DNA of 54,759 nt from Paraspadella gotoi (taxonomy: Eukaryota > Animalia > Chaetognatha): NCBI GenBank assembly GCA_051294375.1, contig JBJCIZ010000030.1, positions 1-54,759 on the forward strand, in the 5' to 3' direction. Below, in pieces: positions 35,298-46,129 of the stretch. Positions within the stretch are counted from its first letter, which is position 1. Each line of letters starts with the position of its first letter. Made by a program: the position numbers and the translations under genes. Below the pieces are notes generated by a model. It did no database searches, had not been told where the DNA came from, and was given only the letters and a program-made list of their open reading frames with translations.

Positions 35298-36034
35298 TGT
35301 GGCGGTATACTCACACCGCCTCACATCCACCATCGTTCAGCCAAATCCATTGGCTCAGAGGGGAACACACCATCCCAGGCGTAGTGTTCCATCCACAGTC
35401 CTAACGACTTCCCTCTGCGTTGGTAAAGCGAGACCGTCCTAGGTTAACCACGCCAGTGACTGGAGGCGTCACTGAGGGTCGGAAGCCCCCAAAGGCAACA
35501 GTGAGATGCCCCATCCCAATGGGCATCACAGGCAACCCAGCTGTTGCCATAAGTGGTGAGCCCTACTATCGAACACGCAACCTTCTCAGGGTACGCTACG
35601 ACAAACGCCTGCCTGCCACTTCGGGTACGCTACGACAAACGCCTATGCCCCTGGGGTACACTACGACAAACGTCTATGCCCCCACAACTCGCGCTCTCTC
35701 TCTCTCCCACTATGGTGACAGTCTTGTCAGACACCCCTCAGGCTTGAGGAACCTGAGTGATGTCTTGGTCCGGGGATCCTGTAGCAGTATACTCACACCG
35801 CCTCACGTCCACCATCGTTCAGCCAAATCCATTGGCTCAGAGGGGAAACACACCATCCCAGGCGTAGTGTTCCATCCACAGTCCTAACGAATTTCCTCTG
35901 CGTTGGCAAAGCGAGACCGTCCTAGGGTAACCGCGCCAGTGACTGGAGGCGTCACTGAGGGTCGGAAGCCCCCAAAGCCAACAGTGAGATGCCCCATCCC
36001 AATAGGCATCACAGGCAACCCGGCTGTTGCCATA
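35298..36034 (+). mobile_element. TRIM-like miniature LTR retrotransposon A
   Basis: Direct repeats 35298-35551 and 35780-36034. 4-bp TSD GCAG. PBS TGGTGAGCCC at 35554. 228-bp non-coding interior with 3 short tandem repeats. Confidence 0.85.
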
Positions 36035-36109
36035 GCAGTCAAGTAGTACATCGGAGGTATCAGTTAAGGCAAAGTCCAAAGTCAGGGGGCAGATAGCTTA
36101 TTTATTAAA

Positions 36110-36738
36110 TGAAAGGGTAATTGAAAATGAAGACGAAGTCTTTTCAACAACGATTTGATTTTTATTACAACAGGGACATTTTTCGGTTTTCATGCAAGCC
36201 TTCATCAGCGCATTTTGACAATTTCACATTTTCGGTTTTTCAATATGACTTTTGAGTGAGAGAGAGAGAGAGAAACAGACAAAGAAGCAAAGGTTAACAT
36301 TTACAGAGACAATACAACAATAATAAAATTAATAAATAAATATGTAATCAGACTTAATTGGTAAACTAAATTTAAATGACTTTGAATAAAGAAATTGAAA
36401 TTTAGATGAAATGGAAATAAAGATGTTAAGGGATATTATTTTTCACTTAAGTCTTTCCATTTGATCTAAATTTCAATTTCTTAATTCAATCTAATTTAAA
36501 TTTAGTTTACCTATTAAGTCTGTTTACATATTTATTCATTAATTTTATTATTGTTGTAAATTAACTAATGTATTGTCTCTCTAAATGTTAACCTCTGCTT
36601 CTCTGTCTCTCTTTCTCTCACTCACAAATTTAATTTTTCTTTTCCCTCACCATCTCTCTCTCTCTCTCCCAACTTAAACCTGTCCTCATATTTCACCACT
36701 GTCCTGTCTCACAGCTTTGTTGGCTACTTTCTTCCCTC

Positions 36739-36783
<45 letters not shown>

Positions 36784-37662
36784 GTCGAAAATGTGAAATT
36801 GTCAAAATGCTCTGATGAAGGCTTGCATGAAAGCCGAAACATGCCCCTGTTGTAATAACAAGTTTGAGCAAACAATGTCGGATCTGCCCACGATCATTAT
36901 CGGAAATTAATTATTTAATTAATTAATTAATTAAAATTAATTAATTAGTCAATTAAATAATTAACTTGATCCGAAATGTTTATTTTGAATAATTGACTAA
37001 TTACCAATTAATTAATTGACTAATTGATAAATTAACTGATTAATTATTTGATTAATTTATACATCTTGCATTTACATTTAATATAAAAAGAAAAATAAGC
37101 ATATTCAATTAATGAAACAGGTTTTTTTTCCATTTAAACTCATTTCCACTTAAACGGTTCTATCAAAACTTTATTTCCAGCTTAATAACTTTCCTACCCA
37201 CATACAAAATTTCAGGTTAATTGCCCCATCCACTCATGAGTAATTGGTGTTCAAATAATGAAATATATTTTTTTGTTTTTTCCATTTATACTCATTTCCA
37301 CTCGCACGATTCCATCAAAACTTCATATCCAGCCCAATCACACACTTCCCTAACCACATTTCAAACCAAATTTCATTCCAATCCATCCATCCAATCACGA
37401 GTAATTGGTGTTTTTTGTCAGGGTGGGACGGACGGACGGACGGATGGACCGATGGATGGACAGACAGACGGACATCTTTTTTTTTTTTTGCATAATTTAT
37501 CATAATTCGATGTTCTGACATTAAATAAGTTAATGCCCGACAAGATTGAGGGGGCGGACCGACGGACCTATAAAGTGAATTATAGAGTCGGGATCTGCTT
37601 ATAAGCAGATCCGACTAAAAATCAAATTGTTGTTGAAAAGACTTCGTCTTCATTTTCATTTA
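36110..37662. mobile_element. Inverted Penelope pLTR pair interrupted by a HINE-like insert
   Basis: The left arm from ~36121 is the reverse complement of ~36780-36856 plus 37617-37662. Hammerhead-like motifs at 36173-36212 (-) and 36810-36848 (+). Confidence 0.7.
36857..37616. mobile_element. Complete DINE-1/HINE-like (Helentron non-autonomous) element
   Basis: AACAAG end, subterminal inverted repeat GTCGGATCTGC / GCAGATCCGAC, terminal hairpin, GACG/GATG microsatellite. Inserted in an A/T run with no TSD. Confidence 0.7.
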
Positions 37663-38008
37663 TCTGAAACACAACTATCCCTAACAAATGTAATTTTTCT
37701 CATTTCACATTTCAAATTCTATATTTAATTTAATTTATTATTTAGCTAATTGTTATTTCCACTTTAAAAACTTATATCTTTGTTGTACATTGCACAAATG
37801 TAGCATATTACCTCTCTCTCTCTCTCACTCTCTCTCTGTTTGATCATTTCACTTTCTTTTCAAAAACTCACTCAATCTGTCCTTGCCTTCACCTGTCCTC
37901 ACCTCTGACCACTATTCTGTCTCACCACTTTGTTGGAAACTTTAGCTTTGTCTCTCTCTCTCTCTCTCTCACACATTTACTTTTGCAAAAGTTTTTGAGA
38001 GTCTGTCA

Positions 38009-38048
38009 ATCACTGATGAAGGCTCGAACAAGAGTCGAAACATGTCTG
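38009..38048 (+). ncRNA. Minimal type I hammerhead ribozyme (PLE pLTR)
   Basis: CTGATGA - GGCTC/GAGTC stem II - GAAACATGTC, about 100 nt upstream of the PLE start codon. Confidence 0.75.
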
Positions 38049-38141
38049 TTTATATTAAATAAAAAATTGTTGTAGTACAAACTCTAAACTTTGTTTTCGC
38101 TAAAACACCAAAACACAACGAAACGAAAGCAATACCACATT

Positions 38142-40698
38142 ATGGCTACTAATCAAACGTCCTGTTCCACAAAAGCGCTTATAAACAAACTATCACATAT
38201 TTGCAACTCTCTTTCAAGATGGAGTAATCACCTCCATTTTTCCCTCTCCTGTCGCACATATGGCATCATTCCAGACGCCATCCAGATCCGTAGCAACACA
38301 AAAAGGGAAAAAGACGTACGAACAATTGACCGTGCCAAGCGAAGCCTGCTGTCAAATTTCATAAACCGCTGCCACAGTAAACTGAGATGGCTACATTCCG
38401 AACAATGACGTCTCCAAGAAGCCTTGTCCCACCTTCTCCTTTCGGAAGACTTCGAACGATGGCGCCAACGCATCGAAGACGACGCCGCAAAAACCTTTCG
38501 GATTATGAAAGAAAAAAGGCCAAACTCAAACGACTCCGATTACGCCATGCCCAAGAATGTCTCGTCAAGGATAGGCGAAATAGGCAACGCAACAAACTCT
38601 TCAAGCTTACAAATGATGAAATACGTGACGCACAAAAAAGATGGCTCGTCAACCATTATTGCGTAAAGGCTTGTCCTTTGTTCCAACGTCTTTTAATGTC
38701 CCTGCTATTGACCTCATTGTCGGTGTTGAGACAGGAGCGAGACTCCTCGATCAACAGCCCGAAGCGGCGGCAACCCTTCGGGCGGCGGCGGCGCGAATGC
38801 TTAATGCCAAAAGAGCTCCGCCCCCGCCAAATGTCGGTAAGGGTGAGCGCAAGGCCATTGCCTCACTCAAGCGCAATCAGGCAATCATGGTTCATCCCGC
38901 GGACAAGGGAAGAGCTGCGGTAATCATGGACGCCCATGATTACAAAGACAAGGTACTGAAAATGTTGGCAGACTGAAAGACATACCACCTTCTGCCAAAG
39001 GATCCGACTCTTGCATACAGGGCTCGAATCCAGATGGTCACAAAAAGAATACGTGAATACTGTTCCCCGGCAGTATTTCACAGAGTCAATCCTGACTCAA
39101 CGCAGCCTCCTCTGTTCTTCTGTCAGCTGAAGGTACATAAGCCCGATTTGCCGCTACGCCCAATCGTTTCAGCCCGCAATTCCATTTTTAATGTGATGAC
39201 GAAAGAGTTGGGGCGCATCCTCACTCCATTAGTCGGTAACCAACACCACCTCCGGAACTCTGTTGATCTGACAGAAAAGTTGCAGCATATCACAGTGCCC
39301 GATACTCATCTCTTGGTCTCGTGTGACTTGCAAAGCATGTTCACTAATTTACCCAAGAATTGGCGTTGGCCTCAGCAGAGCGCCGCTTGAGGGAAGATCG
39401 GTTGTTGCACGAGCCTACGTCAATCCAATTAGATGATATCATGGCACTGCTGCGGCTCGACCTGGAACTGGCGTACTTCAGGTTCGATGGACAGTACTAC
39501 GCCCAGCCTGGTGGCTTAGGGATGGGCAAGTCGACATCAAGTCCTCTGGCAGATTTTTATATGGAGGACTATGAGGTGGAAGTTTTGGCCTCTTTTCGAT
39601 TGTTGCATGGGGCAGAGTCAGTCCTCTTCTGGTATCGGAAGGCAGACGATACTATTCTGGCCGTGAGGAAGGACCTCATCAAGGACCTCTTAAATCACTT
39701 GAACAGCATACATGCGAGAATCAAGTGGACATGTGAGAAGGAGGTGAATGGGTCAATTCCAATGCTCGATGTGCTAATTCAGCAGAAAGAGGGCGGCTCA
39801 TTGGAATTTTCAGTCTACCGCAAACCGACCCACACCGATCAGTACATTCCCTTCGACTCTCATGCCCCCTTGTCCCACAAGCTCGCCACGGTCAGGTCCC
39901 TTACCAGAAGAGCTCAGCTGATTCCTTCGACCCCCAAGCTTCAGGCCGCCGAGCTTGAGCACGTCAAAAGAGCCTTTGCGATCAATGGATACCCTCTGTG
40001 GGCCTTCAAGAAGGCGAGGTATCGGCCGCGCCTGGCTGAGGGCAGTGGCCAACCAGGGTCTGCCCAAGTAACCGCTGACGCAGTTTCTTCCTCTACCCCC
40101 CAGGAGGAAGAAAGGGTACTTGCTGCTGAAGAGCCTACCGCGCCCACCAGGAAGATAAGCAGAAGCGCCCTAAGAATGTGGGTCACCTGTCCCTCCCCTC
40201 CCCTACCACCAGGAGATCACTGAAGCATTGGTGCGGGTGCTGGCAAAGCAGGGAATCTCCACTTCAGTGACGACCCGTGGCTCTCTACGTGAGCATTTGG
40301 TGAAACCAAAAGATAAAATTCCCAGACCGAAAACATCAGGAGCCGTCTATTGGGCGGCCTGCGCAGGGGAGGACAACCAAGCCTGCACAGCAGCATACGT
40401 GGGCAAGACAGGCAGATCGATTCCAGCAACACACAAAGCCTTATCGTGACGCCCGAGGTCACTACTTGTCAGCAATTGCCGAACACTCGGCAAATACAGG
40501 CCATCTGTTCAGAGAATCTGACTGTCTCGTGCTGTCCCATGACCCGAACTGGTTCTCAAGAGGTATTAGAGAGGCAGTCTACATCAAAGCTCTCGAGCCC
40601 TCTTTGAACCGTGATGGAGGACGATTTGATCTCCCTCCAAGCTATGATTCGCTTATCAAAAGCGTGGTGAAGGCCCCGCCTCCACCACGTCCGCACAA
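38142..40698 (+). pseudogene. Penelope RT and GIY-YIG endonuclease ORF, frameshifted
   Basis: PADKG, KVHKPDLPLRPIVS, VSCDLQSMFT, GLGMG...LADFYME, RKADD, VYRKPTHTDQY. GIY-YIG: GAVY...YVGKTGR, SAIAEH...GH, REAVYI...LNRDGG. Confidence 0.9.
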
Positions 40699-42719
40699 TA
40701 GATTCAATTTTGACCGGGAGAAATGTTAGTAGACCTCAACGGAGCACGTCTATCGATTCGTCTTTTCATGGGCTATCTTTTGGTATTAGTTTCAAAAGAA
40801 AAAAAAATTATCCTAGGGTGTTACAGAAGCGTCAAAGTGCCACGAGCGTCAATTATTAGATTTTTAATAAAATTATTTGTGTTAAATGATAGAAACCAGT
40901 TGTAATTATAATTTTTTTTAAATTTTATTAACATAATTCATGCAGAATTATTATACTTAACTTCACTTTAAATCCTAAACGTTTTTAACGCTGCTGGACC
41001 GGAAGTGTTACCCAAACAGAATATTTTCTAATTTTTTTGAGGATCAATTATATTCATTTATTTTTTTATTCAGCCTCAAAAAACATAATGAGCAATAAAA
41101 ATATACATTTATTAACATATTTTTGTATTTAAAGTCATTTTATTTTGTAGTTTTTTGGTACTCTCTGCAAAATTTTCAATGCCTTGCAGCATTTCGTCAT
41201 GCTGCTTTTGGTCACAGGTGAATTCACCATAAAATTCAGCCACAACTAATTGCTCTCATCATTTATATTAGAGAATCTATTGAAAACAAAACAAAAACTG
41301 TAGTCAAATTCGTCTTTAGGGCTATTCTGCGTAGGTTTGGAAAAAAAAGGAAATTTATAAAAAAAATAATTTTTTGGAATTTAAAAAAATTATGTATAAC
41401 AAATAAAATATAGTGGGCATTGCCAAGTTTCACGCCACATCGATATCAATCCTTCCAAAGATTAATAAATCATTTGTGCAGAATTATTATACTTAACTTC
41501 CCCTTGAAAGGTAGCAACTCAGTCCCTTTCTCTGTGGGCCGAGCGTCCACCAAAACGACGGCTACAGGAGAAAGGAGAGGAGTCCACCACTCCTGTCGCA
41601 AAAGCGGCAAGAACGGACAACCGCCCACCTCGTCAGCAGGCAAGACGAGGGCAGTCGGAAGGCGTAACAGGCCAATGACGCACTACCATGCACTACCATG
41701 CTCTACCAAGGGGGGCCAGCTCATTTTGAGATCTTTCTTAATTCTTACATTTCTCTTTTCTCTTTAACTTATCTATCCCTAATCAAATGCACATTTCAAA
41801 TTTCACATTCTTCTTTTCACTTAATTTATTACTATTAGTTAAAGCACTGATGATGAACGAAATATACGTTCGAAACATGTCTGCTACTATACAAATAAAA
41901 ATTCGTTGTGAAAAACTAAAAAAAATTGTTATTTCGTCTAGTTAATTGTTAAAAACCGCTATTCAGTTTTAAAAACTTTATATCATTGTTGTACATTGCA
42001 CTAATGTATTGTTATTTTACTATCTAATTGTCTCTCTCTCTCTCAATTGACCATTTTCACTTCTTCACAACTCACTCATTCTGCCCTTACCTTCAACCTG
42101 TCCTCACCTCTTACCACTATTCTTTCTTACCATTTTGTTGGAACACTTTTCTCTCTCTCTCTCTCTTCTTTAACACAAAAATTTTGACAATATTTAAAAC
42201 TGATATTTGTACAAAAGTCGAATCATGTCCATTGAATAAAATAAATCATTGTAGTAAAAACTTTTTCGTCTCTTCTACTAAAAAAATAATTTTAAAAGAG
42301 CCAAAATTTATTTAAACTTGTTTTTAACCTATATGTATTTAGTGAACTAGTGTTGTAAGTAAAAGCAATTCAGCAAACCATTTGGTTTAATCAAATTCTA
42401 GACAAAAACTTCCGGTTATTATTATAAATATTTAAAAACAAATTATTAAAAATCAATATTATAAATAGCTTCAGCATGTCATTTTCTAGTTCTAAATCTG
42501 TTTCCAACTATGTTTTTATGTAAATTAAAAAAAATTACCAACTTAGTCATGAAATTATGTTTTTGGCGCCAGTCACGTAACTTTAACGCTTTTGTAACAC
42601 CCTAGAACATATTTTTAAACACTTAAAAACTACACCAATAGATAGCCCATAAAAAGACGAATCGATAGACATGCTCCGTTGAGGTCTACGAACATTTCTT
42701 CCGGTCAAAATTGAATCTA
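40699..42719. mobile_element. Non-autonomous DNA transposon with long TIRs, containing PLE fragments
   Basis: TIR TAGATTCAATTTTGACCGG... extends imperfectly for >100 bp. 8-bp TSD CCGCACAA at 40691-40698 and 42720-42727. Confidence 0.9.
41843..41885 (+). ncRNA. Minimal type I hammerhead ribozyme
   Basis: AGCA-CTGATGA-T-GAACG/CGTTC-GAAA-CATGTC-TGCT; stems I and II both pair. Confidence 0.8.
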
Positions 42720-44058
42720 CCGCACAATGACTCCCCTACCTCCACTCAACGAGGCAGGCGGAGACCCTTGTGCAGGCAATGGACAGGCGATGCCTCTCCT
42801 TCAAATGCAGCAACTCAGTCCCTCTCTCTGTTGACCGAGCGTCGCCCAAAACAACGGCTGCAGGAGGAAGGAGTCCACCACTCCTGCCGCGAAAGCAGCA
42901 AGAACGGACACCCACCTATCTGACCAGCAGGCGAGAAGAGGGCAGTCAGCAAGCGTAACAGGCCAGAGAGACATAAAAGTGGCAATAGGAATGTTCCCAC
43001 AAAGAACAATCCCCAGCTCGGCATTTACCAGCTCAGTAACACTCTCCTCTCAACCATTGACGCGCTAATGACCTGACCACATTGTCCAATGTCCATGTCT
43101 CTCCTTTGCTCCACCAAGGGGGGCCAACTCATTTTGAACTCTATCTTATCTCTTATATTTCATCCTTTCTTCTTTAACTTAACTATCCCTAACAAATGTA
43201 ATTTTTCTCATTTCACATTTCAAATTCTATATTTAATTTAATTTATTATTTAGCTAATTGTTATTTCCACTTTAAAAACTTATATTTTTGTTGTATATAT
43301 ATATATAGAAAAATTATATTTTGCGATTGTCAATTTAAAAAAAAATGAAGTACCGAGGAAATTAAAGTTACAGTTTCTGAAAAAAAAACTGTTTCATTGT
43401 CAAAAAATAAACTGATCAACAGACGCAGTCCCTGAGAAAGAAAAAACGAAATAAAAACCCGATGTTGCGATGCCTAATTTTACGAGTTCAATCCTAATTC
43501 AATTTTTTTTAAAATAAAAACGCAGAGAGAGAGAAAAAGAAAAAATCAAAAGGCAGCAGCAGAAGCAGCAGGAGAAAAGAGAGAAAAAGAGAGAGCCCCT
43601 GCAGACTCAAAAGGCAGCAGCAGAAGCAGCAGGAGAAAGAGAGAAAAACAACAAGCCCCTGCAGAGCCAGCTGCAGACTCGTTTTTTTCCCCTATGAATC
43701 AGTGACTAGGGAAAAGAGATAGGGAGAGGCATATAATTAAAAGAGAAAAAAGAGAGAGAAAGAAATATAAAAATAAAAGCGAGAAAATTTGTTTGTTTTG
43801 ATAAAACATAAACAAAACATATTTAATAACTGTCCTGACTCAATTTTAAAGACATTGAAGCTGTATATAAATTTTCAGCTTCATACACCCAAATTTAATC
43901 ATAAAAAAGATCTATAATTTGGAACACCGATGACAATGACGACGACAACGCCACTTCTGTGTAAAACCACAGCAATATTGTCGCAAACGCAAAGCGATTG
44001 CGACGATAAAAAAGATCAACATCGAATTCTACAGACTTGAATACACTAAAATAGCTAT

Positions 44059-44717
44059 TGAAGAGACAGTGATAATTGTTATATCGTTAGTGACAGAACC
44101 GTTCAAATATAAGCAGTCCCTGAGCTTTGGATCAGGCTGTAACACCGTGTTAACCGCGGGTTAAGCGCCCCGTCCCTCTTAACTGCTAGGCGACCACCGG
44201 CTAGAACCCCGGACCTTTGGGTTTGGAGGCGAATGACTTGCCTCCGGCACCAATGGGCGCTGATGAACGGTGTGTTGATTTTAGTCCACCATACATCGCC
44301 CCCTCCCGTAGGGAGAAGTCTGTTGCATCTCTTCAGTGAATTGTTTGTTGTTGGTGGAAAGTGAGTCACCAAGTTGAGGCATGTTGCCTGATGTGTTGTG
44401 GGCAGAAAGTGCATCGCCAGGTTGAGGCATGTCGCCTGAAAGTGTTGTGTTTAATGTTGTGTTTGGAAGTCGGGCTCACCAATGAAGAGACAGTGATAAT
44501 TGTTATATGTTAGTGACAGAACCGTTCAATATAAGCAGTCTCTGAGCTTTGGATCAGACTGTAACACCGTGTTACAGGCGGGTTAAGTGCCCCGTCCCTC
44601 TTAACTGCTAGGCGACCACTGGGCTAGAACCCCGGACCTTTGGTTGGGAGGCGAATGACTTGCCTGCGGCTCCAATGGCTGCTGATGAAACGCGTTGGTG
44701 GATTTTAGTCCACCATA
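44059..44717 (-). mobile_element. TRIM-like miniature LTR retrotransposon B
   Basis: Direct repeats 44059-44295 (TG...CA) and 44483-44717. Minus-strand PBS TGGTGAGCCCGACTT at 44467-44481 and PPT GGGAGGGGGCGA at 44296-44307. Probable TSD CTAT, with the outer LTR missing 2 nt. Confidence 0.85.
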
Positions 44718-44854
44718 CTATGTACCTTATTCGATATTTATTTTGTTATTTTTAAACGCCCTATTCTCCAACTAATGATATACTTATTAATTATATTTAT
44801 AAAATATTTAAAGTATAGTAAAGATTTTATTGGTGTCACTCGCGAATGGACACG

Positions 44855-46100
44855 GGGAAGTTTGTGAAAAATGTGAACAATTTTTGTGTGAAAGAAGGGG
44901 AGAGAGAGAGAAAAAAAAAATAGGGACAGGGCAAAGTTTCCAACACAGAGTTGAGAAAGAATAGTGGTTAAATGGTGAGGACAGGTTTAAGAGTGAGTTC
45001 AGATTGAGATTTTAATTTTGAATAGGAAATGAAATAGTCAAAGTGAGAGAGAGAGATGGAGAAGGAAGAGAAACAAGGAAAAAAATAATACATTATGAAA
45101 TGTACAATAAATAAAAACTTTAAACTAATGAATAAAACAAGAATTAATAATTAGCTACTAATAAATAAGTTAATATTAAAGAGAAAAAGGAAATGTGAAA
45201 AGATACATTGGTGCAAAATAGGTAAGTTAATATTATTAGAGTGAAATTTAAGAGTAAAGATAGAGCTCAAAATGAGCTGGCCCCCCTTGGTTAAAACAAA
45301 TGAGAGGTTCGGACGATGAGGCTGGGTCATTGGTGTGTCATTGGTTGATAAGACAACTGGACCAAGCATGATACTGTGGGGCTAAGTTGGCTTTCTTGAG
45401 GAAATATTCTAAGAGACACTCGGATGTCTCTCTGACATGGTACGCCTGCCAGCTCTCTTCTCACATGCTGACGAGGTGGGTGGTTGTCCGTTCTTGCCGC
45501 TTTTGCTTTTCTTGTAGCTGTTGTTTTGGGTTGCACTCGCTCCACAGAGAAAGGGATTAGTTGCTACAATTGAAAGTGAGGCATCGCCTGCCCATTGCCT
45601 ACGTAAGGGTCTCCGCCTGTCGCATTGAGTGCTCATTTTGAGCTCTATCTTTACTCTTAAATTTCACTTTAATAATATTAACTTACCTATTTTGCACCAA
45701 TGTATCTTTTCACCTTCACATTTCCCTTTTCTCCTTCACATTAACTTATTTATTATTAGCTTATTATTAATTCTTGTTTTATTCATTAGTTTAAAGTTTT
45801 TATTTGTTGTACATTTCCTAATGTATTATTTTTCCCCTTGTTTCTCTTCCTTCGCCATCTCTCTCTCTTTCACTTTGACCATTTCATTTCATATTCAAAA
45901 CTAAATCTCAATCTGAACTCACTCTTAAACCTGTCCTCACCATTTGACCACTATTCTTTCTCAATTCTGTGTTTTTGAAACTTTGCCCTGTCCCTTTTTT
46001 TCTTTCTCTCTCTCTCCTTCTTTCACTAAATAATTGTTCACATTTTTCACAAACTAATTTGACGCTGAAGAAGGCTTGAAACATAAGCCGAAACAATGTT
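44855..46100. mobile_element. Inverted pair of Penelope-like 3' end/pLTR fragments
   Basis: 44860-45278 is the reverse complement of 45631-46056. Hammerhead-like motif CTGAAGA...GAAAC at 46063-46100. Confidence 0.75.
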
Positions 46101-46129
46101 TATATTTTTTTTAAATTTCCAAATCTGAC

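Larger units (their letters stand above)
37672..43295 (+). mobile_element. Penelope-like retroelement (Poseidon-type), split by a TIR element
   Basis: Direct terminal repeat 37672-37790 and ~43180-43295. Hammerhead-bearing pLTR upstream of an RT plus GIY-YIG ORF. Confidence 0.85.

Noticed and set aside
35420-35887. 155-aa ORF in TRIM A
   Set aside because: Spans LTR, PBS and interior in GC-rich sequence with no recognisable domain; likely chance.
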